Of a stretch of DNA of 32,000 bases, positions 12,418 through 22,536 are shown piece by piece. Under the pieces are notes generated by a model. That model had not been told where the DNA came from. It was given only the letters and a program-made list of their open reading frames with translations, and ran no database searches. How positions within the stretch are numbered: the first letter of the stretch is position 1; every line of letters begins with the position of its first letter. Origin of the DNA: Mesoplasma florum L1. GTDB taxonomy: Bacteria > Bacillota_I > Bacilli_A > Mycoplasmatales > Mycoplasmataceae. Location: the NCBI RefSeq assembly GCF_000008305.1, contig NC_006055.1, positions 720,001-752,000 on the forward strand. The letters run 5' to 3'. Made by a program: the position numbers and the translations under genes.

Positions 12418-12963
12418 TTATATTAAATTTATTATTTCCACTAACGTTGAAATGATTTCAAAATTGTTTTTTAGGTCTAAGTTTAATTTTGTTTTATTTG
12501 TTGAACTTATTAAATTCAACAATGAAGTTAACACTTCAGATTTTTCTAATAAACTAAATTGTTTTTCTTTTTGCTTTGTATTTTTTATAAAAAGCGGTAG
12601 CTCCTCATTTGAAGTTAAAATAAAATCTTTATTTTCTTTATAAGCAACAATAAAAATTTTTTCAAAACTTTCATTTATAAAATTTTTCATATTTTCAAAA
12701 TCTTTAAAATATGCTGATAATGCTTTCTTATAAAAAAGCAGATCGTCTTCCAAATTTTTTAATATTTCTTTAAATGCAATTAAATTATGATTTTTACATT
12801 GTTTTACTATTTTTATTAGTTCTTGTAGCTGTGCTATATTTTCAATTCTTAAGTTAATTGACTTAAATTTCTTAAAATCATCATCAAACAAAAATGCATC
12901 TAGCATCTTAAAGCCTTGGTAAGATTTATTAATTTTATTAAATACTACTTTTTCTATATTCAT
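12418..12963 (-). CDS. Hypothetical protein (181 aa, K/E/N-rich, likely all-helical)
   Basis: The ORF is intact with no TGA. The RBS is TAAGGAG. I recognise no motif. Confidence 0.6.
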   Translation of the reverse strand: MNIEKVVFNKINKSYQGFKMLDAFLFDDDFKKFKSINLRIENIAQLQELIKIVKQCKNHNLIAFKEILKNLEDDLLFYKKALSAYFKDFENMKNFINESFEKIFIVAYKENKDFILTSNEELPLFIKNTKQKEKQFSLLEKSEVLTSLLNLISSTNKTKLNLDLKNNFEIISTLVEIINLI

Positions 12964-13019
12964 AAAACTCCTTATAAAAGTGGGGCCATAATATTATAGA
13001 CTTTAACAATAGCTCTTTT

Positions 13020-14531
13020 TCACAATGGTAAATCTTTGTTTGGCATAAATTTATATTCAAATGATTTATCCATGTCATGAATCATTTTCTCTTCAATCTT
13101 TTTGTTCATATTATTTGATCTTATTAGAGCCATAGTTTGTTGATCGCAAAATAGAGCTCTATAGTCAAGATTAGAACTTCCAGTAAATGATATAGCTTCA
13201 TCAAAAATATAAGCTTTTTCATGTATAAAAGTATCATTCATTGAATATATTTTAACGCCGTTTTCAAACATTTTTTTAGTTCATTGTTTAGAAACTTCTA
13301 ACAATAAAAATTTGTCTGATCTTCCTGGTAATAAAATACGAACATCCAATCCAGTAGATGCAGCATTACATAACGCATTTATAATTTCTGGGGGTGGTAT
13401 AAAGTAAGGAGACTTTAGTCAAATTCTATTTTGCGCTGAATGAATTAAATTTAATAATAGTTCTAAGCAAATAGGTCTGTCATGATTTGGTCCATCAGAA
13501 ACAATCTGAATAAATTCATCAGTTGTATAACGTTTTCTGATTGCTTTACCAAATTTAGGTTCTAATTTTTCAATTTTCTTTTGTTTTTTAGTTACATAAA
13601 AATTTCAGTCTTTTTGGAATATTGCTTCAATTTCTTGAACTCCTTCGCCATTAATTCTTATTGCTGAATCGTTTCAGAAACCAAAAACTCCACTTTTATT
13701 TATGTATTCATCTGAAATGTTAACTCCACCTAAATATCCTATTTGGCCGTCAATTGAAATATCTTTTCTGTGATCTCTATAATTTGCATTTCATTTTAAA
13801 AATGGGAAATGTATCGGTGAGTAAGCAATTAAGTTTGCACCCTCTTGAATTAATCTTTTTTTACTTGTTGTAAATCTTCCATAACTTCCTAAGAAATCAT
13901 AAATTATGTATACTCTAACACCTTCACTCATTTTTTCAACTAGTAAGCTTGTTAGTTTACTCAAAAATTCACCTTCAGAAATGATGTAACAATTAATCAT
14001 TACATACTCTTTAGCATTTTTTATATCATTTAATAAATTTGAAAAATATTCATTTCCTGATTTTAAATATTCTATTTCAGTATTTGCATAAATACCTTCT
14101 CTTTGTTGTTCAAAAGTCATCATAAATGATCTCTTAAACTCTGGATTTAGTCTTTCAATTTCTTTTAGATTTTCAATGTCATATTGTACTTTTGGTTGTA
14201 GAACACTAACTGAGTTTTTGTTATATAAATAATTCTTATTTTTATTATATTTGTAAACCCTACCTAAAAATATGTAAGACATAATACCAAAAAATGGAAT
14301 TACTATTATAAATATTGCTCATCTAATTCTAGTTTCAATTCTTCGTTTTCTATTACATAAAACAACAATTGCTCATACCATTGAAACTATGTGAGTTGCT
14401 GATATAAAAAAAATAAACGGCAATGGTGTAGGTATAAAGAAGTTTAAACATAAATTGATTGCAACATATAAAGCGCCTCCAATACTGAACATTGCAATTA
14501 AAGAAGCTGTCGCTACAAACGGTTTTTTCAT
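13020..14531 (-). CDS. cls: Cardiolipin synthase (phospholipase D superfamily, two HKD motifs)
   Basis: Two N-terminal TM helices are followed by HKD motif 1 ([14 protein letters not shown]...GGVNISDEY) and HKD motif 2 ([23 protein letters not shown]). I hand-translated 13272-13790 and 14283-14531 and found only TGA codons between track ORFs 13020-13271 and 13791-14282. Confidence 0.85.
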
Positions 14532-15256
14532 TATCATGCACCTTCCTTAAATCTAAACATTTTGCTTTTACTTGTTAATCAATTATTTAATTTTGAAATA
14601 ATACTATTAAAATAAAATGGCGAAATATCTTTAGTCGTTTCACAAAGTAAGTCATTTAATTCAAGCTTAAATAAAAAATTATTGTATGTATTTATTTTTT
14701 CCTCAAAATCAGATTCAAAATAAGTGATTATGTACATTGAAAGTAAATATCCATATTTATAAAAAGCATCTGCTTTATCATCTGATATTTTTGAAAATAT
14801 TTTACCTATTTCTGAATAATAAAAATGTTTTCTTTTATTAATAATTTCATCTGAGAAATTAGAAAATGTTTTTATTCTATTAAATAATTCTTTTTCATAA
14901 TTAATTTTAAAGTCTACATTTGATTGAATTGAAGGTAATATAGTTTCAATGATTTTTGTTATCTTGAGTTTTTCAATTTTAATTTGTTTTGTTTCAGCTG
15001 CATCAAGATTTGTGTAAAGAAGTCTTGAGTAAAGTATAATGTGAATCATTTCATTAATAAAATGATTTTTATTTTTTCCTTCAAGGCTTATTAAATTTAA
15101 AAAAACTTTAAGTATTATATTTTCATGAGCAAATTCCACTAAAACCTTAGCTTCTTTTTTGGTAATTCCGTGCTCAATTAGTCATATATTAATTTCTTTG
15201 CTTTTTAATTTAATGAAATGCTTTTGCCCTTTAATACTTTTTGTAGTTTTAAACAT
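14531..15256 (-). CDS. Hypothetical protein (241 aa, helical), translationally coupled to cls
   Basis: The ATG at 15256 follows AAGGAA. Track ORF 14579-15139 extends in both directions through TGA. The gene ends ...GCA TGA TAA, with the TAA overlapping the cls ATG as TAATG. Confidence 0.6.
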
Positions 15257-15283
15257 TTGAAAAATTCCTTTGCTTTTTTAATA

Positions 15284-15313
15284 ATTATATTCTTTTAAAA
15301 TAAAAAAACACAA
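15284..15313 (-). promoter_or_regulatory. Candidate promoter for the hypothetical-cls operon
   Basis: On the minus strand TTGTGT (15313..15308) is followed by an 18-nt spacer and TATAAT (15289..15284). The -35 element overlaps the 3' arm of the upstream terminator. Confidence 0.35.
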
Positions 15314-15335
15314 TCAGCTAACATGCCAATGTGTT
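15298..15335 (-). terminator. Intrinsic terminator after the 304-aa gene
   Basis: On the minus strand the outer stem AACACA/TGTGTT, with inner GGC/GCT pairs, is followed by TTTTTATTTT. Confidence 0.55.
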
Positions 15336-15342
15336 ATTTGTT

Positions 15343-16257
15343 TTATTTTTGTCTTGAAAGAAGTGGGAACATGAATTTCTTATCTTTTAATCCTGTTGTT
15401 ACTTCTTTTAAATATAAACATGAGTGTATATCTAAACCTGTTTTAACAAAAGTATCTGTTTTAGTTATGTGAATACCTTCTTTAATATCTGGCATAAAAC
15501 CAAAATCAACTCTTTTTATACCATTTGGAACTATTATTTTTAAAAGCTCTTCTAAATCAATGTTGTGTGAAGAAAATGATCCAATGAAATCAAATATACC
15601 ATTTTTAATTCTAAAACAAACAACTGTTTGTAATGAAGGTATATATCACAAGTCGTCTTCAAAGTGTTTTTGAATATTATGAAATTTAACTAAGCTATCG
15701 CCTTTTGTATCTAATATACTTGATTGTTTACTTGAGTGTAAAATAGCTTCCTTAACTAATTCAAAATCATGTGCTAAAGATAAATCAAGTTTGATGATTT
15801 TTGAAGATTCTTGTTTTTCTCTATTATTTCAAGGTAAGAAAAATAAATATTCTTGTTTTCTTTCAAAACCAGATTTTATTAAAACCTCTTCATCTTTTAC
15901 TCCACAATAAGAAATTAAAATATCAACTAAATTTGAATATTTATAAATAGCTGCTTCAATTAAAATCTCTTCAAGTTTTTCTTCAATGAAAGCTTCTTTA
16001 ATAAAGAAATTTCCAACTTGAACTGCGCTACATTTTTCTCCACTAATAAAAACATCAAATTTCAAAATACCTAATGCTGCTATTATTTCATTTTTTTCAT
16101 TAACGATTGTGATAGGTGAAAAATTTTCTAATTGTTTATCTTTGAACAATCATTTTTCAAAATTATTATTTGATGATCTTTTGATTAAGTTGCTTAAATC
16201 CTGGTTGAAGTGTTTATTATCTTTGTGATCAAAAACAATATCATAAGTGTCTCTCAT
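15343..16257 (-). CDS. Hypothetical protein (304 aa); there is a weak hint of a GNAT-type acetyltransferase fold in the N-terminal half
   Basis: The ATG at 16257 follows AGAGGAG. Track ORF 15829-16149 extends both ways through TGA to TAA at 15343. The segment VQVGNFFIKEAFIEEKLEEILIEAAI loosely resembles GNAT motif A. This is by eye only. Confidence 0.55.
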
Positions 16258-16342
16258 GCGAACTACTCCTCTATATGTAAATTACTTATTAATTATATAA
16301 CAGTTTAACAATAAATAGAATAGTTAAATTTTGCTAAAGCAT

Positions 16343-16367
16343 CCAAAAAACCTTTATATTAAAGGTT
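16343..16367 (-). terminator. Intrinsic terminator ending the long housekeeping polycistron
   Basis: On the minus strand the stem AACCTTT/AAAGGTT is followed by TTTTTTGG. The TAA of the 219-aa gene (16359-16361) lies within the hairpin. Confidence 0.65.
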
Positions 16368-17018
16368 TATTTGTTTTATTACAATGTCTGACAATGGATT
16401 AAAGACAAATATTTTTATATTCTTTATCTCTGAATTATTTTCAATTAATTTCTTTTGTAGCATAGCTTCATATTTATATTTGTCTTCATATGGAGATTTA
16501 CTAAACTTAAATATGCATAGAAATCAATTATCATTTGATTTTAATAGTAAATCAATTTTTCCATAAAAGTTCAAGCTTGATTCTAAGTTCGCTAGCATTA
16601 TATTTGCTAAGGAATGATTTATTTTATGCTTATATATAAATTTATTTAAATCATGTACAACTGACTTTGCAATGTTTATTGCTACTTTATGATCTTCATC
16701 ATTTTTTTCAAATTTAAGAAACTCGGCTTTTCTTTGAACGACAGAATTTATTATTAATTCTTTTGCTATTTTGTTTCTTAAAAATATTTGTTCAAGAATT
16801 TTTGATGATGGGTTTTGAATAAAGGGAAATTCTTTTTGACAAAGATCATCAATTGAATCAAGAATTAATTTTTGATTTTCATCAATGTAATAAGTTAAAT
16901 TGAAATTTTTATCATTGTAATCAATACTATTAATTAATTTAAAACTTGAACAATTATCATCAAATTCAAAATACTCTGAAATATCATTGATATTAAATTT
17001 TGATTTTATCGTACTCAT
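16359..17018 (-). CDS. Hypothetical protein (219 aa)
   Basis: Its start overlaps the tsaC stop as ATGA. Track ORF 16524-17018 continues through the TGA at 16524 to TAA at 16359. Confidence 0.6.
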
Positions 17019-17512
17019 ATATTTGTTATAGAATTATAAATTTTTGATGGTTTAATGTTTGTAATAACTTTATCAAAATAAACATTAATTGATCTATCAA
17101 AATTAATTAATTCGTCTTTCTCATTTATTGGTTGCTCTCCATGTAAATTAACACTTGTAGAAAATATCGGTCCAGTTTTTTCAATAATTTTTTTTATATC
17201 ATCTCTAATTATTAATCTAACTGCTATAGTTTTATTATTACTTTTTGTTTTAAAAATAACTGTTGTACTTTCATTGAACAATAAATCTACAAATTCATTT
17301 TTTTCAATGCCCAAAATGCTTAGCTGTTCTATGTTTGATATTAAAACAATTAAAGGTTTTTCTTCGTTTGCATTTTTTATATTATTTATTCTTTTTTCAT
17401 TTTCAAAATTTCAAATCGCTGATAATCCATAGATAGTATCAGTTGGTAAAATAATAATTTCATTTTCTATAAGAGCATTTGTAGCTTTAATTATTAGATC
17501 TTTACTTAACAT
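17015..17512 (-). CDS. tsaC: L-threonylcarbamoyladenylate synthase, TsaC/YrdC family (short form, 165 aa)
   Basis: The N-terminus MLSKDLIIKATNALIENEIIILPTDTIYGLSA carries the YrdC PTDTxYGL motif. It joins track ORF 17015-17314 through TGA. Confidence 0.75.
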
Positions 17513-19010
17513 TTTTATTCCCTTTTCTTCTTTTAGCTAAAATTTCTGAAAATAAAATTTGAGCACCAACTCTCTTTTTAAATATAGTTGTTTTCATAAT
17601 ATTAAATCCAATTATTAAAAATGAAGAGATTAATATTCCAAATAAAATTATAGATTCTGCAATAACATTAACTGTTTTTTCTCATAAAAAACCTACATGA
17701 CCATCAATTAAATTTAAATTGTAAGCTTTTTCAATAACTTCATAATCACTATCATTGCCAATAATTCCTTTTATTGCGTTTATGAAAGCATTACCTGCAG
17801 TTACACCATTTTCACTTTGTAAATTTCAAGCTTCTACTAAATTACCAACCTGTACTTTTGATACTATATTTAAACACGTGATTAAAACTAAGTTCGCATA
17901 TATAATGAAGTACTGAGTAATGAATAAATTTTGCGATTTATTTTCTCCTCTAATTGATACTGAGATAAAGTACATAAAAGTTGCCATAGTTGTACCTAAT
18001 CCTATTATTGGAAGCGAGCAATATACAAAATAATTTTTTTCATATTTTAAAATTTCTGAAAAACTTGTTTGAGAAAGCCCTTCATCAATTCCATATCTTT
18101 TTAATAACTCTGGTAAGACATGAACTGTTCTTGTTAATATAGAAGTTTTTGTTGTGTCAAAAGAAATTGTTATAACATAGACAAACTGAGGTAAAAGAAT
18201 ACATGCTGCAGCAAACATTGTCCAATTTGAAATGTTCTTGTCAGAATTTTTAAATATTTTTGCTAAAAATGATTTCATTCTATTTTGACTTAATTCTTTT
18301 TTTCTATTACTAATATAGTCAATATATTTATTAATATTTAAACTTTCCGCTTCTACTATTACTGCATTTTGAATACTTAATGAAAGCATAAAAATTGCAA
18401 TTATTTGAATAAATAGTATTCATCAAATAGAATCTTCAGATGCTCACTTATACGCTTGATCTTTATTTGCAGTAAACTGTTTAGAAATTTCGCTTATAAC
18501 ACCTGGAACAGACTTAACATATTGATTATCAATTTGTCCTATTAATGACTCAAATGTAAAAAACTCTTGAAATTTAGCAAACTCATACTGAGCTATTGAA
18601 GACATAAGAGCAGCAATAATTCCGAAAGAAATAACAAATATTCAAAAACTTGTTTTAAACTTGTTATTTACACCAGCAGCAGTTAGAAAAGGTTTTAATA
18701 AAGTAAAGCCAATTAATGTTGCAATGAAAAAGCCTCACCCTATGTAAACAGGTGTTAAAATTTCAAATTTAGATGGAAGTCTAAGAAATTCTGAAAGCGC
18801 ATTTCAATTATCAAAATAAATTTTTAAATTAATGTCTGAAAAAACTATTCAACTAAATATATACGTAGGAATCATTAAAACTGAAAAAATAAACATACTA
18901 AAAATAGCAACCTTATACAAGTGTGCATTTTTTTCTTGAACAGAAGCAACTTTGTCTTTTATTGCAAAGTTCAGTCTGAATTTACTTTTAAATTCAATCT
19001 TTTTTTCCAT
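17502..19010 (-). CDS. Polytopic membrane protein (502 aa), function unknown
   Basis: The ATG at 19010 follows TAGGAG. I hand-translated both flanks of track ORF 17826-18389 and found only TGA codons. It has many hydrophobic segments. Its stop overlaps the tsaC start by 11 nt. Confidence 0.7.
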
Positions 19011-19018
19011 CTTATCTC

Positions 19019-19879
19019 CTACTTAGTAAGTATTAAATATCTTAAATTATTAAAATAATCTTTTTCAAACTTTCATTTATATTTTAAACCTAATTCTTGT
19101 TTTAAAAAGACATCTAGCTCTTTTTCTTGTTTTCACCCTATTTCAAAAACAATTAGTATATTTTTTGTAATATCCATAAATTTATCAATATTTTTAATTG
19201 CTTCCTTATAAAAAAACAATCCATTATCTTTTGCGAAAAGTGCTAATTTTGGTTCATATTTTTTTGTCATTTTATCTACATCAACATCATTAAAATCAAT
19301 ATATGGTGGGTTACAAACAAGAATGTTAAATTTATTTTGTTGTTTTATAATAGAATTTAAAAAATCACTTTTAACAACTTTTGTTCAATTTACTAAATTA
19401 TTATTTTCAATATTTTTACTAGTTATATTTAACGCTTTTTTAGAAATATCTGAGAATGTAACATTTTCCATTTTATCTTTGTTTTCTATAGCTATAGAAA
19501 TTCCTATACAACCCGAACCACAACAAAGATCTAATACTGAAATTTTTTCATTTTGAGAATTGATAAATTCATTAACATAATCAACAATAAGTTCAGTTTC
19601 CATTCTTGGTATTAAAGTATTTTTATTTACTAAAATTTTATGAGTCCTAAAAATTTTGTATCCTAAAATATAAGCTAAAGGTTTCCCTTTAGCTAACTTT
19701 TTAGAAATTTTGATTATTTTTTTAAATTGTTTTTTATTTAAAACTTTTTCTTGTGAAAATAAAACTTCTGAGTATTCAATTTTTGTAATAAATGAAATAA
19801 TTTCAATAGCATCCGATTTTCCAATTTTACTATTTTCTAAAAGAAAATCTAAAGCAATTTTTATATTTGCATTATTCAT
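19019..19879 (-). CDS. prmC: Release-factor glutamine N5-methyltransferase (PrmC/HemK)
   Basis: It has the SAM-binding motif [16 protein letters not shown] and the catalytic motif LVCNPPYI. The ATG at 19879 overlaps the prfA stop by 8 nt. Track ORF 19385-19921 continues through TGA to TAG at 19019. Confidence 0.88.
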
Positions 19880-20963
19880 TATCTTGTAATTGTGCTTCAA
19901 CTTTCTGACGTTGTTCATCATTAACTAAGGCAATAATAAAATCATCAATTTTTCCTTCCATAACTTGATCCAGTTTGTTTAGTGTTAAACCTACTCTATG
20001 ATCAGTTACACGATTTTGTGGATAATTGTATGTTCTTATTTTTTCACTTCTAGCTCCTGTACCAACAGCGTTCTTACGTGTTGCATCAGCTTCTGCTTGT
20101 TGTTTCTCTAATTCTGCTTCATATATTCTTGCTCTTAGCATTGTCATAGCTATATCTTTGTTATCATGTTGACTTCTTCCATCTTGAGAAGCTGCAACAA
20201 CACCAGTTGGTATATGAGTAATACGAACAGCTGAATCTGTTGTGTTAACGTGCTGACCACCAGCTCCAGATGATCTATACGTATCAATTCTTAAATCACT
20301 GTTTTTGATTTCAATTTCAACATCACTCATTTCAGGTAAAACAGCAACTGTAGCAGTAGAAGTTTGAATTCTACCTTTAGCTTCAGTTTTTGGTACTCTT
20401 TGTACTCTGTGGGCTCCAGATTCAAATTTTAATTTTGAATAAACTCGGTCACCTTTAACCATAAAAGAAACTTGTGAGAAGCCACCAGCTTCTGAAGAGT
20501 TTGCATCAAGCATTGTAATTTTTCAATTTTGAGTTTCAGCATATAGTTTATACATTCTTAGTAAATCACCAGCAAATATATTTGCTTCATCTCCTCCTGC
20601 TGCACCTCTAATTTCTACAATAACGTTTTTGTCATCGTTGGGGTCTTTTGGTAAAAGCAATTCCTCAATAATTGCGACAATTGGTTCAACAGCATCTTCA
20701 TTTTCTGATAATTCCATTTTAGCTAGTTCAATCATTTCAGCATCTTTTTCATTACCTAATATTTCTTTAGCATCAGCAATTGATTGAATTATCGTCTTAT
20801 ATTCAATAAATTTTTCTACAACTTCGATTAAATTTGCTCTTTCTTTGTTAAGTTCTAACATTTTTTTAACATCTGAAACAATTTCTTCTGATTGTAAATC
20901 TTTATCTATTTGATCAACCCTTTTTTGCATTGTTTCCAATGCTTCATAAGTTTTTGGATTCAT
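19872..20963 (-). CDS. prfA: Peptide chain release factor 1
   Basis: The product is 363 aa and carries the SGAGGQHVN (GGQ) motif. Track ORFs 19872-20513 and 20523-20990 join through TGA. The ATG at 20963 follows AAGGGG. Confidence 0.97.
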
Positions 20964-20965
20964 TT

Positions 20966-21577
20966 TTACCCCTTTTCTATTTGGTAGCAATTTCTACATC
21001 TAGCTTCGTAACTATCATTACCATCAACTAGTATTAATGGTGAATTTCAATCAGCTGGTTTGCCATCAATTATTCTTTGCGTTCTATTTGCAAAGTTTCC
21101 ACATTTTTGGCAAATGGCTGTTAATTTATCTACCATTTCAGCTAGTGGAAGTATTCTGTCAACATTTTTAAATGGTTGACTTCTAAAGTCTTTATCTAAA
21201 CCTGTAACTATTACTATTATTCCTCTGTCAGCTAATTCTTCAATGTAATCAACAATAGCTTCATCAAAAAATTGAATTTCATCAATACCAACTACATCTA
21301 CTTTTTTTTCTAATATTTTTGCTTCTAGTTTTTCTTTTAATTCAGCTGTTGAATTTACAGGAATTGATGGTAATAAAGTTCCTGCATGCGAAGCAACCTC
21401 ATTAACAGCATATCTTGTATCTATGACTGGTTTAAATGCTATTACATTTCTTTTGGCAAAAGCATGTCTACGTAATCTTTTGATAAACTCTTCTGTTTTA
21501 CCAGCAAACATACATCCAGTTATTAATTCTACTCAACCTAACTGTTTTTGTTCAATTGTATCTCTGTTAGGTATCAT
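20966..21577 (-). CDS. tdk: Thymidine kinase
   Basis: It has the P-loop GCMFAGKTEE and two Cys pairs (CQKCG and CRNCY). Track ORF 21047-21511 extends both ways through TGA. Confidence 0.93.
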
Positions 21578-21579
21578 AA

Positions 21580-22524
21580 CTATTTGTTTCCTTTTGTTAT
21601 AACAGCGTCTAAGTCTTTAACAAGTTTTGATATATCAGATAGTGTATTTAACTTACATCCACTTGCTAATTTATGTCCACCACCATCATACTTATTAGCT
21701 ACTTTATCAATTTCAAAATCTCTACTTCTAATTGAAACTTTAATTTCTTCATCTAATTCAATAACTAAAACTCAAATTTTTATTTCATCAATACCACTCA
21801 TAGTCCCTAATGCTGATTTAATTTCTTCATATGAGTATTTTCAAGGTTTTTGGTCTTCTTTTGTAATTGTAATATGACCAACACCTTTTTTAGATAATTG
21901 TAATTTTGAAAATGCAAAGTTTGCATATTGTTTTCTTTTTAAATCTGAAACAAAAAGTGAATCATGTACTGCTTTTAAATTTGCACCATTTTCTAAAAGA
22001 ATTTTAGCTGCATTAAAAGTTTTAAAGCTTGTATTTGGAAATAAAAATCTTCCACTATCTGTAACTAAACCTTTGTAAAGATTTGACGCTGCATTTGCAT
22101 TTCATTTTAGTTTCATAGCATCTGCTCATAAAGTTATAACTTCAGTACATGCCATTGCTGTTTCTTTGACAATTTCATTTTTTGCATATGGATCAATATT
22201 AACATGGTGATCAATTTTAAATGTTTCAACTGCAATATCATATTTATCAAAATCTAATCTTGATTTTGTTGCAGTGTCAACTGTGATAACTAATGCTGAT
22301 TTAATAAAATCATTTGATATTTTACTTTTTAAAAAGTCTTTGTTATCATCAAGTCTATCACCAGGAACAACTATTGTTTTACCTGGGAAATTTTCTTGAA
22401 TTAGGTACGCTAAACCCATTGAGCTACCTTGTGCATCTCAATCAGGTCTTATATGTTTTAAAATAATAATATTTTTGTATTTTTTAATTTTTTTAATTAA
22501 TAATTTGTAATTTGTTTCTTTCAT
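21580..22524 (-). CDS. nrnA: DHH/DHHA1-family phosphoesterase (NrnA-like oligoribonuclease/pAp phosphatase)
   Basis: It has the KIDHH (DHH) motif and the DHHA1 motif YDGGGHKLASG. The product is 314 aa. Track ORF 22126-22419 extends both ways through TGA. Confidence 0.8.
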
Positions 22525-22536
22525 TTCTTTTTTCCT

